From an uncultured Clostridia bacterium (GTDB taxonomy: Bacteria; Bacillota; Clostridia; TANB77; CAG-465), in the NCBI GenBank assembly GCA_947626975.1, contig CANQUF010000006.1:1-50906 (forward strand): a stretch of 50,906 bases of DNA, given 5' to 3'. A program made the translations under genes and the position numbers. The notes under the pieces were generated by a model, which was not told the DNA's origin, did no database searches, and was given only the letters and a program-made list of their open reading frames with translations. Each line of letters starts with the position of its first letter. The first letter of the stretch is position 1. This document shows positions 22,114 through 32,760 of the stretch, piece after piece.

Positions 22114-23394
22114 CTATGATATTTCAATATCATCTTTAGTATCTCTTGTACCTAATATTTTATCATAATCGTATGGTGATTTTACAAGTTGAAGTAATTG
22201 TTCACTAGTAACACCTTTTACATTGTCGTTTTTTAAAGTTTTTCTATTATATTTTGATAAATCTTCAACATTAATATGCTTATCTAACATTTGATAAGGT
22301 GTATAGATAGTTGGCCTAACTATAACATTTCTTTCTTTTAAAAAACTTAAAGTTTGAATTATATTATCTTTTGTTTGATTAGGCATTCCAAGCATAACAC
22401 AGCCTTTAACTTTCATTTCATTTTGCTGAATGTTTTTTATAGCAGTATCTATTTCATCATTTTTAAAATCTTTTGTTTGTATTAATTCTTTATTATTTAA
22501 ACTTTCTATACCTAAAGAAATTTGTGTACAGCCTGCCAAATGCATCTTATGTAACATATCTATATCCCTTACTAATTCTACCCTTGTAGCGCATTCCCAA
22601 GTTACATCAGGATGTTTAGTTATCATCATGTTGCAGAATGAATCAACATATTTTTTATTTAATGTAAAATTAGCAGCCCATATTTTTATATGTTTATATT
22701 TATCAGAAATATCAGTTATAGCATTATCTATATTTTGTATAGTTCTCCTTCTTTCTATATTTCCTTCAGTAATTTGTATTAAACAATGAGAGCAACCAAA
22801 AGGGCAACCTCTACTAATATTTAAAACATATCTATTTTTACCTTTTATTTTATCATATTCTTTAATAGGTACTAATTCTTCTTTAGAATATCCCCACTCA
22901 GAACCATCTAAAAATTCGCCACTGGAAGTATCAATAAAATTTTTGTCTTTAATTATTCTTCCACCTTTTATTTTATTTTTAAATTCGGATACAGATTCTA
23001 AATTTTTATAGTTTTCAAAAAAGCTTTCTATACATACTTCATCATCCCCATTATTAATTATCATATCAATATTTGAATCAATAAATAATTCTGGAAACAT
23101 TCTTGGAATACATCCGTAGGCCATTATTGGAATATCATAATTACTTTTAAGAGATTTTATTATATCAAAAGCATTTTTTGAATTTTCATAATTAATTTGC
23201 ATTGCAATTTTTTTTATTTGATTATTTTCTATATATTTATTTAAATCTGTATCTTCTATATCTAAATCAAGTGCTAAAATTTGATTTGGAAATTTTTTAT
23301 TCAAGTAATCAACATATTCGCCAAATTGAGTATAATGATAATTTATATGCATAACATTTGATGATTTTGGCCATATTACTAGATATTTACTCAT
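22114..23394 (-). CDS. Radical SAM protein with N-terminal B12-binding-like domain
   Basis: SRGCPFGCSHC (CxxxCxxC), AGCTQISLGIES, MLGMPNQT; ~185-aa N-terminal domain. Confidence 0.85.
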   Translation of the reverse strand: MSKYLVIWPKSSNVMHINYHYTQFGEYVDYLNKKFPNQILALDLDIEDTDLNKYIENNQIKKIAMQINYENSKNAFDIIKSLKSNYDIPIMAYGCIPRMFPELFIDSNIDMIINNGDDEVCIESFFENYKNLESVSEFKNKIKGGRIIKDKNFIDTSSGEFLDGSEWGYSKEELVPIKEYDKIKGKNRYVLNISRGCPFGCSHCLIQITEGNIERRRTIQNIDNAITDISDKYKHIKIWAANFTLNKKYVDSFCNMMITKHPDVTWECATRVELVRDIDMLHKMHLAGCTQISLGIESLNNKELIQTKDFKNDEIDTAIKNIQQNEMKVKGCVMLGMPNQTKDNIIQTLSFLKERNVIVRPTIYTPYQMLDKHINVEDLSKYNRKTLKNDNVKGVTSEQLLQLVKSPYDYDKILGTRDTKDDIEIS

Positions 23395-23398
23395 AAAA

Positions 23399-23950
23399 TT
23401 ACCTCATTTCATTATCTAATTTTTCTAAATATTTAAAACAGAATTTATTTAATTTTTGCTTTTTTATTTTTATATTTTTTAAAATATTATTTGCCACAGT
23501 ATATGCTAAATTATACTGCTGTTTGTTAATAATTTGTGAATTTAAAGCATCAATTAGTTCAGTTTCATCTAATAAAATTGTTTTATCATTATTAAAAAAA
23601 ACTACATCTAAAAATAAATCATAAAAATATGCATCATCTTTACTATTGATTATATTTTTATCAGTTATATCTATATAATATTGAACTAATTTTTTATTTT
23701 CATCATACATAGCAGTAATCCAATAATTAGTATTCTTTAATGCTATCTGCAGCCAATAATAATCTTTATCTGCAATTTTTAAATTTCCTATATCTTTGTA
23801 TGACTTAACTAAAGGTGAATCTATTTTTTTTATATGTAATAAACTGGCAACTCCTATATTTTTTTGATTTTCTATTATATTACATGATAAATATTTTCTA
23901 TCAATAACACGTTGCCAATTTTCTTTTGATATATGTTTTTTTTCTAACAC
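23399..23950 (-). CDS. DUF402 domain protein
   Basis: ITAMYD...QYYIDI...FYDLFLDV...LLDETELIDAL; GTG start after GAGGTGA. Confidence 0.85.
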   Translation of the reverse strand: MLEKKHISKENWQRVIDRKYLSCNIIENQKNIGVASLLHIKKIDSPLVKSYKDIGNLKIADKDYYWLQIALKNTNYWITAMYDENKKLVQYYIDITDKNIINSKDDAYFYDLFLDVVFFNNDKTILLDETELIDALNSQIINKQQYNLAYTVANNILKNIKIKKQKLNKFCFKYLEKLDNEMR

Positions 23951-24138
23951 TAAAATCACCTCTAAATATATATACATTATATCATAAATTTTATAAATTT
24001 TATATATATATTATGTTATTTTTATCTAATTTTAATTTAAAATTTATGTAATTTTAATCTTAAGTAAAACAAAATTAATAGTAATTTTTATTGTAATTAG
24101 CATTATTATATGATATAATACCTAAAAGGAGATTTTTT

Positions 24139-25251
24139 ATGTCAAGAACTATTAATATGCTATCTAAGGCACATACTGTAAAAGCTCAAGGAGTTCTATC
24201 TGCATATGAAGAACTTGTGAGTTTAGTAAAAAATAATTTAGGTGATTTATATGATGTTAGTATAAATGATATAAAATTTGCAGATATTAGACATTATCAT
24301 ACAATTAATCCTTGGTTTTATTTTACTTTACCATTTTCTAAGGTAAAATCTTCTACAGTTGGATATGTTCATTTTTTACCAGAAACGTTAGATAATAGTT
24401 TAAATTTACCTAAAATAGTTAGAAAGTTATTGTATAAATATGTAATAGATTTTTATAAAAAGATGGACTATTTAGTTACTGTTAATCCATATTTTATAGA
24501 TAAACTTGTTGATTATGGCATAAATAGAGAAAAAATACAATATATTCCTAATTATGTATCATCGTCACGTTTTTATAAACTTGATAAAGATATAAAAAAT
24601 TCTTTAAAGAAAAAATATAATATTAAAAACAATAAATTTATAGTATTATGTGTAGGACAATTACAAATAAGAAAAGGAATACTAGAATTTATAGAAGTAG
24701 CAAAACAAATGTCTGATGTACAATTTGTATGGGCTGGTGGATTCTCTTTTAAAAAGATATCAGATGGATACGAAAAAATAAAAAAGATTTTAGATAATCC
24801 ACCTGAAAATGTTAAATTTTTAGGCATAATCCCAAGAGAAGATATGAATGAATTATATAATATGTCAGATATGTTATTTTTAGCTTCATATGATGAGTTA
24901 TTTCCAATGACTATACTTGAAGCTTCAAATTGTAAATTACCAATATTGCTAAGGGATATTGAACTTTATAAAGGAATTTTAGATGGATATTATTTAAAAG
25001 GAAAAAATGTTAATGAATTTGTGAATCAAATAAATAAACTAATAAATGATTCGTTATATTATAATAAAGCAGTAAAGATGTCTGATAAGTGTAGTAAATA
25101 TTATAGTGAAGAAAATGTAACTAAAATGTGGAAATCATATTATAATAAGATATATAAATTATCACAGAAAAAAACTTTAGGTAGTAAATTTAAGAAAGGA
25201 ATCAAGAAATCTTATGCCATTAAAGAAAAGTATAAATACAAATATAATTAA
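24139..25251 (+). CDS. GT4 glycolipid glycosyltransferase (CpoA/LafB-like)
   Basis: VKAQGVLSAY, GYVHFLPETL, GQLQIRKG, SYDELFPMTILEA. Confidence 0.88.
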   Translation: MSRTINMLSKAHTVKAQGVLSAYEELVSLVKNNLGDLYDVSINDIKFADIRHYHTINPWFYFTLPFSKVKSSTVGYVHFLPETLDNSLNLPKIVRKLLYKYVIDFYKKMDYLVTVNPYFIDKLVDYGINREKIQYIPNYVSSSRFYKLDKDIKNSLKKKYNIKNNKFIVLCVGQLQIRKGILEFIEVAKQMSDVQFVWAGGFSFKKISDGYEKIKKILDNPPENVKFLGIIPREDMNELYNMSDMLFLASYDELFPMTILEASNCKLPILLRDIELYKGILDGYYLKGKNVNEFVNQINKLINDSLYYNKAVKMSDKCSKYYSEENVTKMWKSYYNKIYKLSQKKTLGSKFKKGIKKSYAIKEKYKYKYN

Positions 25252-26251
25252 TATATGTTTGATTTTTTTGATATTTATTGGTCTTATAATATATATGATT
25301 ACTGTAGATAGCATTGAAAATATATTAAATGTATTAAAAAGTGCAAATATTTTTTGGATGATTTTGGGGCTTTGCTGTATGGTGGTATACTGGTTATTAG
25401 AAGCACTATGTTTGTATATTGTAACTAAAAAAACTTATAAATTTCAAAGGTTTAGAAATAGTTTAAGGGTTTCAATGATTGGACAATTATTTAATTCAAT
25501 TACACCTTTTTCTTCTGGTGGGCAACCTATGCAAGCAGTTACAATGGTCTCAGAAGGAAAGAGCATATCAAGTAGTGCGAGTATTTTACTTATTAAGTTT
25601 ATAGTATATCAAGCAACACTAGTAGTATATACATTAATTGTTTTTATAGTAAAATTTTCATATTTTAGAAATATATTAAATAATTTTATGGATCTTGCAC
25701 TTGTTGGATTTACACTAAATTTTGTAATAATAATTTTTTTAATACTTATTGGAATAAATAAAAAATTAGTATATAATATTATTTCATTTATATATAGATT
25801 TTTAAATAAAATTAAATTAATGAAAAATTTAGAAAAACATTTAGATAAAGTAAAAATTAGTATTGATAATTTTCATGAACAATTTAAGATAATTAAGGAA
25901 GAAAAACTTATGTTACTTAAACTTGTTATACTTACTATAATTCAGTTAACAGTTTTTTTCTTTGTAACATATACAGTGTATCGTGCTTTTGGCCAGAGTG
26001 GAACTTCAGTATCTAATATAATATGTGCACAAGCTTTTTTACTTATGATTATGTCATTTATTCCTATACCAGGAGCTGGAATTGCAGCTGAGGGTGGATT
26101 TTTAATTATATTTAGTATGTTTTTTGAACAAAATAAAATAAATATGGCAGTATTATTTTGGAGATTATATACATTTTATTTACCAATAGTAGTAGGAGCA
26201 TTATTTTTATTAAAAATAAAAAAACAAGAAAAAAAGAATTTACCAATTTAA
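25214..26251 (+). CDS. Flippase-like LPG synthase TM-domain protein
   Basis: FNSITPFSSGGQP, PIPGAGIAAEGGF, WRLYTFY. Confidence 0.85.
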   Translation: MPLKKSINTNIINICLIFLIFIGLIIYMITVDSIENILNVLKSANIFWMILGLCCMVVYWLLEALCLYIVTKKTYKFQRFRNSLRVSMIGQLFNSITPFSSGGQPMQAVTMVSEGKSISSSASILLIKFIVYQATLVVYTLIVFIVKFSYFRNILNNFMDLALVGFTLNFVIIIFLILIGINKKLVYNIISFIYRFLNKIKLMKNLEKHLDKVKISIDNFHEQFKIIKEEKLMLLKLVILTIIQLTVFFFVTYTVYRAFGQSGTSVSNIICAQAFLLMIMSFIPIPGAGIAAEGGFLIIFSMFFEQNKINMAVLFWRLYTFYLPIVVGALFLLKIKKQEKKNLPI

Positions 26252-26347
26252 AAAATTAAGTATTAAGAATATTAAATATTAAATATTAAATCTCGTATTA
26301 TCGAGATTTATATTTTACATATAAATTAAGATTAAGGAGGAAAAAAT

Positions 26348-26923
26348 ATGTTAGTATTATTATCAGGAGTTTCAGGTTCAGGAAAAGATACTATTAAAAA
26401 AGCACTTATAAAAAGTAGTGAAGATATAATATCTTTACCATCTTTTACTGATAGAAAACCAAGAGTTGGTGAGATAGAAGGACAAACTTACCATTTTGTA
26501 ACTACCAACGAATTTAAAAGGATGATTGACAGTAATGAATTATATGAATATGATATACATCATGAACATTATTATGGTACTTCTAAAAAATTAATGAATG
26601 AAAAAATAAGAAGTGGAAAAATTATAGTAAAAGATATAGATGTAAATGGAACAGAAGAATTACTTAATTTATTAAGCAATGATATAAAAATAGTAACTAT
26701 TTTTTTAAAAGTACCAATTAATGAATTAAGGAAAAGATTAGAAAATAGAGATAGTAATATTTCTAAAGAAGAGATAGAACTTAGATTAAATCGTTTTGAA
26801 TATGAAGAATCGAAAATAAACATATATGATTATGTTATTAAAAATGATAATTTTGAAAAGACATTAAAAATTATTAGAGAAATAATTAATGAAGAAAAAA
26901 AATGTAGTTTTACTTCTAAATAA
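26348..26923 (+). CDS. gmk: Guanylate kinase
   Basis: SGVSGSGKDT, TDRKPRVGE..G..YHFV, YYGT, DIDVNG. Confidence 0.9.
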   Translation: MLVLLSGVSGSGKDTIKKALIKSSEDIISLPSFTDRKPRVGEIEGQTYHFVTTNEFKRMIDSNELYEYDIHHEHYYGTSKKLMNEKIRSGKIIVKDIDVNGTEELLNLLSNDIKIVTIFLKVPINELRKRLENRDSNISKEEIELRLNRFEYEESKINIYDYVIKNDNFEKTLKIIREIINEEKKCSFTSK

Positions 26924-26987
26924 TTTATTATAAAAATGATTAAAAGGAAAATATACATAAGCATTTTATTAATTTAAGGAGGATAAA

Positions 26988-28649
26988 ATGAAAAGTATAA
27001 AAAGTATAAAAAGTATAATTAATTCAACTACTCATAATTTAATAAATTTTATTAAAAAATTTCCTATAACTTTAATTATAATAATGCTTACAACTTTATT
27101 TTTAGTAATTTCAATTGATTTAGAATATATAAAAGGACCTACAATTCAAAAAATATTGAAATTTTCAACTATTTTTGTTATTGAAATATTATTTATAGAA
27201 ACATATTTTAATAATAAAATTTATAAAGTTGTATTTGATATAATATCTGCAATAATATCGATAATATTTGTTTTATTATTAAATATTGAAGATGGATTTT
27301 TATTACAGTATAAAGATATAATAGTAAATAATATTAATTTAGTACTTATATGGTATTTAATTACATTAGTAATTTTAATATTATACAAATTTATAAAAAT
27401 ATCAAATTTATCTTTAAGTGAATATTTAATTATTACTTTTGGCAATATATTTAGTAGTACATTAGTGTATTTTATTTTAAATATAGGATTAACAATAATA
27501 TCAGGTATTTTTATATTATTAATATTAGATAATAATGATTTTATAATACTTATAAAGCTTCAAGTAGCATTGCTTGGATTATTTTATGTACCAGCAATAA
27601 TAAATTCATTTTTTATAACAAATAAAAAAGATGTAAATTTCTTTATAAAAAGTATAATATGTTATATATTACTACCTTTAATATGTATAGCAATTTTAAT
27701 TATATATATTTATATGGCTAAAATATTTATATTAAAAGATATTCCATCAAATGTTATATATAGAATACTTGCAGGTATATTTGTAACAGGTATTCCAGTA
27801 ATTTACATGGCTTCTAATTATAGAAAGAAAAATAAATTTTTAAAATATACCCTAAAAACATTACCATATTTATTTATTCCTTTTGTATTTTTACAACTGT
27901 ATTCAGTTATACAAAGATATATAGACAAAGGTATAACACCATTAAGGTATATATCATATATGTTTTTAATATTTGAGATTATAATATTGACACTTACGAT
28001 ATTTAGAATTAATAAAAAATTAAAATTACTACTTATTTCAAGTATTACAATAATAACAATTACTTTTATATCTCCACTTAATTTAGTATCTGTTTCTAAT
28101 ATGAACCAATCATATATATTAAAGAGAGCATTTTATAATGAGACTGAATTTAACAATCTAAATATAAAAAATAAAGAAAAGGTAAATAGTGCATACAAAT
28201 ATTTAAAAAAACAATATAATAGCGAAAAATATATTCCAAATTATATAGCAAGAAATGATAAAGAAATATTAGATTATAGTACAAATTCAGCTAATATAAA
28301 TAAAGAATCAGAAATTAGATCAATAAATATTAAAATACCTGAGAGTACTATTAATATTGTAGATTATTCAAAAATTACAAAAGTTAGAGTATATGAAAGT
28401 AAAAAAGTTGATTTAAATAATATAGAAATAAAAGATTATAGTAATAAGATTATTGAAAACATAGATTTATCAAATATAGTAAATGATATAATTAATAAAA
28501 ATCTAAATGAAAGTAAAATACAATCTCAAAATCCATTAATTTTAAATAATAACAAGTCGTTATATATACTCTCATTATTAATACAATATTCTAGTTCTGA
28601 TAATGAGATAATCAATATTACTTTAGATGGTTATTTACTTGAAAAATAA
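26988..28649 (+). CDS. DUF4153-like multi-pass membrane protein
   Basis: Many TM helices, YILLPL..I...IIYIY, QRY...GITPLRY, VS..NQ. Confidence 0.7.
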   Translation: MKSIKSIKSIINSTTHNLINFIKKFPITLIIIMLTTLFLVISIDLEYIKGPTIQKILKFSTIFVIEILFIETYFNNKIYKVVFDIISAIISIIFVLLLNIEDGFLLQYKDIIVNNINLVLIWYLITLVILILYKFIKISNLSLSEYLIITFGNIFSSTLVYFILNIGLTIISGIFILLILDNNDFIILIKLQVALLGLFYVPAIINSFFITNKKDVNFFIKSIICYILLPLICIAILIIYIYMAKIFILKDIPSNVIYRILAGIFVTGIPVIYMASNYRKKNKFLKYTLKTLPYLFIPFVFLQLYSVIQRYIDKGITPLRYISYMFLIFEIIILTLTIFRINKKLKLLLISSITIITITFISPLNLVSVSNMNQSYILKRAFYNETEFNNLNIKNKEKVNSAYKYLKKQYNSEKYIPNYIARNDKEILDYSTNSANINKESEIRSINIKIPESTINIVDYSKITKVRVYESKKVDLNNIEIKDYSNKIIENIDLSNIVNDIINKNLNESKIQSQNPLILNNNKSLYILSLLIQYSSSDNEIINITLDGYLLEK

Positions 28650-28722
28650 ATATAAGATTAATGTATTGATTTTTTTATATATGTGTAATATAATTATTTT
28701 GTAGAATTTAAGGAGTAGATAT

Positions 28723-29967
28723 ATGAAAATAGCTTTATTAACTGAAACATACTTTCCATATATGAATGGAGTTACAACTCATGTTAAAACATTAAAAGAT
28801 GGTTTGGAAGCTTTAGGTCATGATGTACTTATAGTTACATGTAGTCCTACTACTAGAAAGCATTATATTAAAGATGGTGTTTTGTATTGTCCTGCTAAAA
28901 GTATAAAAAGTATTTATGGATTTGGAGTATCATATCCATATAGTAAAACTAGACTTAAATATTTAAAAGAATTTAAACCTGATATAATACATATTCATAC
29001 AGAGTTTAGTATGGGATTATTTGGAATATGGGCTGCAAAAAAATTAAAAACTACTTTGGTTTATACTTTACATACTGCTTATGATGATTATATATATTAT
29101 GTTATGCCTAAAGTACTTGCAAGGCTTGTAAGTGGGAAAATATTAGATAAATTTTTAGGTATATATGCAGGTAGAGCAAAAGCTATAGTAGGTCCTTCAC
29201 CAAAATGTTTTGAATATATAAAAAAGACTAGTCATAGAAGAAAGGTAAGAATTTTACCAAATTCAGTTGAATTGAGTTTATTTAATCCTGAAAATGTAAA
29301 AGAAGAAGAAATAAAAAATCTAAAAAAACAATTAAATATTCCAGAAAAAGCTTTTATTTGTTGTTTTGTAGGAAGAATGGGAACTGAAAAAAGTGTTAAT
29401 GTAACTTTAGATTATTTAGCTAAGACAATTGACAAAAATGATAATATTTACTTTTTAGCTGTAGGAGATGGCCCAGATTTAGATAATTTAAAAATACAGG
29501 CTAAAAATTTAGGTATTGATGATAGGGTTATATTTACTGGAAAAATTCCTCATGAAGAATTACCAAAATATTATGCAATTTCAAAGTTATATTTAACTTC
29601 TTCACTTACTGAAATGAATTCAATATCAATGTTAGAAGGAATGGCAATGGGACTTCCTGTGCTACAAAGAGTAGATGAAATAAATAAAGATCAAATAAAG
29701 GAAGGAAAAAATGGATATTTCTTTAATGATGAAACAGAAATGTATAAAATAATTTCTAAATTAAGTAAACTTAGTGATGAAGAGTATAAAAGAATTAAAT
29801 TTAATGTAGAAGAGACAGTAAATCAAAAAGATGAAAAAGGAATTGCACAAAAAGAATTAATAGTATATAATAAAGCGATAGAAAGAGCAAGACTTCAAAA
29901 AATTATGAAACGTAAAAGAGGAACTATTGTAAAAAGAATTACAAAAAAAGTAGCAAGAAAACATTAA
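28723..29967 (+). CDS. GT4 monoglucosyldiacylglycerol synthase-like glycosyltransferase
   Basis: TETYFPYMNGVTT, HIHTEFSMG, VGRMGTEK, VGDGP, SMLEGMAMGLP. Confidence 0.88.
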   Translation: MKIALLTETYFPYMNGVTTHVKTLKDGLEALGHDVLIVTCSPTTRKHYIKDGVLYCPAKSIKSIYGFGVSYPYSKTRLKYLKEFKPDIIHIHTEFSMGLFGIWAAKKLKTTLVYTLHTAYDDYIYYVMPKVLARLVSGKILDKFLGIYAGRAKAIVGPSPKCFEYIKKTSHRRKVRILPNSVELSLFNPENVKEEEIKNLKKQLNIPEKAFICCFVGRMGTEKSVNVTLDYLAKTIDKNDNIYFLAVGDGPDLDNLKIQAKNLGIDDRVIFTGKIPHEELPKYYAISKLYLTSSLTEMNSISMLEGMAMGLPVLQRVDEINKDQIKEGKNGYFFNDETEMYKIISKLSKLSDEEYKRIKFNVEETVNQKDEKGIAQKELIVYNKAIERARLQKIMKRKRGTIVKRITKKVARKH

Positions 29968-29981
29968 TTTCTTGCTACTTT
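29946..29981. terminator. Bidirectional terminator
   Basis: AAAGTAGCAAGAAA...TTTCTTGCTACTTT. Confidence 0.8.
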
Positions 29982-29987
29982 AAATTT

Positions 29988-30797
29988 TTAGTCATAGTAG
30001 AAAAACCGGTGTCCGTTAGGACTTGTGTATCGATACTCTAAGCTTTCATGCCAACAATCCTGATCAATTGGATCTGATGGCATATAAAAAGCTTTACAAC
30101 CACCAGTTGGATCTGCACCTGCAAGTGCTATAACAGCTGCTTGATAATACTGATGATCTTCACTAATATCAGCATTATAGAAGTTATATTCTTCTATTTC
30201 TCCATAATCAGGATTTGCAAACTGATTACCAGATATAAGATCATACATAGTTACATCATTTTTTGACATATATGTATTTACCATTGTTGCGGCAACTGAA
30301 AGACTATCCTCAAAAGTACCATCTAGAGTCTCGCAATAAATTGAGCGTGCCATCAATTCAATTTCATTTTCTGAAACTTCTAATGATATTGATGATTTAA
30401 TTATATCAATGTTATTTAAGTTGTCTGAATTTTCTATACAGAAATTTGTAAATTCTTCTTTACTTAAATATAAATAATTATTTTTATATACAATAATAAT
30501 ATCGCTGTCATAATCTGTTATATTACTGTGTGATATAATATCATCACTAGAATTTTCTTTAGTTGAATTTTTTATCTTATTTACAAAACATATATCTGAC
30601 TTTATACAATCAGATAAAGTATCTTTTATTTCAATTGCTATATTTTCAATATTAATATCTTCTGAATATTTATAAGACCAAAAATAAAGAATTGAAAAGA
30701 TAATTATTGCAACTAAGAGAAAGCTCCACATTGCAAACATCTGCATTTTAAAAGAGGCCACATTTACATTTTTTTTCATTTGCTTTTGATTTTCCAT
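29988..30797 (-). CDS. Membrane-anchored SleB/Hydrolase_2-like cell wall hydrolase
   Basis: N-terminal TM; LMARSIYCE, VAATMVN, NQF, GADPTGG...FY, GHRFF. Confidence 0.75.
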   Translation of the reverse strand: MENQKQMKKNVNVASFKMQMFAMWSFLLVAIIIFSILYFWSYKYSEDINIENIAIEIKDTLSDCIKSDICFVNKIKNSTKENSSDDIISHSNITDYDSDIIIVYKNNYLYLSKEEFTNFCIENSDNLNNIDIIKSSISLEVSENEIELMARSIYCETLDGTFEDSLSVAATMVNTYMSKNDVTMYDLISGNQFANPDYGEIEEYNFYNADISEDHQYYQAAVIALAGADPTGGCKAFYMPSDPIDQDCWHESLEYRYTSPNGHRFFYYD

Positions 30798-30929
30798 TCG
30801 AATTATCTCCTTTTTAAAAAAATATTTTATGTTAATATTATACCATAAAATTGTTTAAAAATCAATACTACATGGCATATATTATTGTATAAGCTAATAG
30901 AATAGATAATATATAAGTTAGGAGTAGTT

Positions 30930-31667
30930 ATGATTAATTCAATATTTGTTATGGAAATAATGTGTATACTAGGTATAATAAGTAGTATAATAGGATGTAT
31001 AATAGGCAGTTATATTAAGACAGATTCAAAAATATCATTTGCAATGTTTTTAGAATTGACAGCGGGAATTATGACTGGAGTTGTATGTTTTGATATGTTA
31101 CCTGAAACTTTTAAAATAGCTAATATGTCATTTAGTTTAATTGGTTTAGCTATAGGTATATTTTTAATTTATATAATAGATAAATTTGTATATTATAATA
31201 ATAAAAATAAATATACAAAAATACAAAAAGATTTAAAATATTATATAATGCAAATTGTTATAGTAATTGCAATGTCTATTGATAATATAGTTGAAGGAAT
31301 TGCTATTGGTAGTAGTCTTGCATATTCTACAGCTTTAGGATATTCAATAATCATATCTATATTAATTCATAATATACCGGAAGGAATTATTGTTGGTATG
31401 AGTGGAAAACTTTCTAATAAAAAAAGAATAAAAATTGCTTTAGATGGCATTATTATAGGGATATTTTTAGGAATAGGAGCTTTTATTGGTAATATAATTG
31501 GAAATGTATCTAATATATCCGTTGCTATAAGTATGTCTATTGCCTCAGGTGCAATGTTGTATATTGTATCATGTAATCTAATACCAAGTTCTAAAAATGT
31601 TATAGATAGTAAAAAAGTACATATTATGTATATTTTTGGAATAATACTTGGAGCAATTATTAGTTAA
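30930..31667 (+). CDS. ZIP family metal transporter
   Basis: AGIM..V...DMLPE, DNIVEGIAIG, IHNIPEG, SGAMLYIV. Confidence 0.85.
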   Translation: MINSIFVMEIMCILGIISSIIGCIIGSYIKTDSKISFAMFLELTAGIMTGVVCFDMLPETFKIANMSFSLIGLAIGIFLIYIIDKFVYYNNKNKYTKIQKDLKYYIMQIVIVIAMSIDNIVEGIAIGSSLAYSTALGYSIIISILIHNIPEGIIVGMSGKLSNKKRIKIALDGIIIGIFLGIGAFIGNIIGNVSNISVAISMSIASGAMLYIVSCNLIPSSKNVIDSKKVHIMYIFGIILGAIIS

Positions 31668-31811
31668 ATATAAATTAAACAAAAAATAATTATAAAATAA
31701 AAAAATATTGATATAATAAATTATAAAAGATAGGCTTATATACTGATTAATATTAATTGACTTTAAGTAATATTTATGATAATATTATATAAATTAGGAG
31801 TTGAAAAATAA

Positions 31812-32267
31812 ATGAAAAAAATAATGTTTATATGTACAGGAAATATTTGTAGAAGTGCAATGGCACATTATTACATGCAAAAAAAGATTATTGATATTGG
31901 TAAAGGTGATGAATATTTAATAACGTCTAGTGGAACATATGCAGTTTTAGGTGATAAATCTACACAAAATGCTATCAAAGCCATGAAAAAATATAATGTT
32001 GATTTGGAAAATCATAGAGCAACACCAATTCAAGAATCTGATATTTTAGATATGGATTTAATAATATGTATGACTAAAAAACATAAAGATGATATTTTGT
32101 CAATGTATCCTAATTTAAATAATAAAGTTTATACTTTAAAAGAATATATTGAACCAAATACAAAATACAAAGATATTGACGACCCTTGGGGACTTAGTCT
32201 TAATGTATATGAAAATTGTGCAAGTGAAATTGTGAAGTATGTTGATAAATTAATAGAAAAATTTTAA
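31812..32267 (+). CDS. Low molecular weight protein Arg/Tyr phosphatase (YwlE-like)
   Basis: CTGNICRS, DIDDPWG; upstream of rpiB. Confidence 0.92.
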   Translation: MKKIMFICTGNICRSAMAHYYMQKKIIDIGKGDEYLITSSGTYAVLGDKSTQNAIKAMKKYNVDLENHRATPIQESDILDMDLIICMTKKHKDDILSMYPNLNNKVYTLKEYIEPNTKYKDIDDPWGLSLNVYENCASEIVKYVDKLIEKF

Positions 32268-32280
32268 AGGTTGTGGAAAT

Positions 32281-32760
32281 ATGATTATAATTGGTTCTGA
32301 TCATACAGGAATTGAATTAAAAAATACATTAATAGATTATATGAAAAAAAAGAAAATAGAATATTATAATATTATTACTGATGAAGGAAAAGCTGATGAT
32401 GATTATCCGGATATAGCATATAAAATATGTGAAAAAGTATTAGAGAAAAATAATAATTTAGGTATAGCAATTTGTGGAACAGGTATTGGTATATCAATTG
32501 CATGCAATAAGGTAGAGGGAATAAGAGCTGCACTCTGTACTGATGAATATATGGCCCAAATGTCGAAAAGGCATAATAATGCAAATGTAATTTGTTTGGG
32601 TTCAAGACTTGAGGTATTTAAAAATAAAAATAATGCTATAAATATTGTAGACTCATTTATTAATAACTTTTATGAGGGCGGAAGACATGATAGGAGATTA
32701 CAAAAAATTAGAAATATAGAAAAATTAGGAAAAAGTACTGGAGATGAAAGTTATATATGA
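32281..32760 (+). CDS. rpiB: Ribose-5-phosphate isomerase B
   Basis: GSDHTG, DYPD, CGTGIG, HNNAN, GGRH. Confidence 0.95.
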   Translation: MIIIGSDHTGIELKNTLIDYMKKKKIEYYNIITDEGKADDDYPDIAYKICEKVLEKNNNLGIAICGTGIGISIACNKVEGIRAALCTDEYMAQMSKRHNNANVICLGSRLEVFKNKNNAINIVDSFINNFYEGGRHDRRLQKIRNIEKLGKSTGDESYI

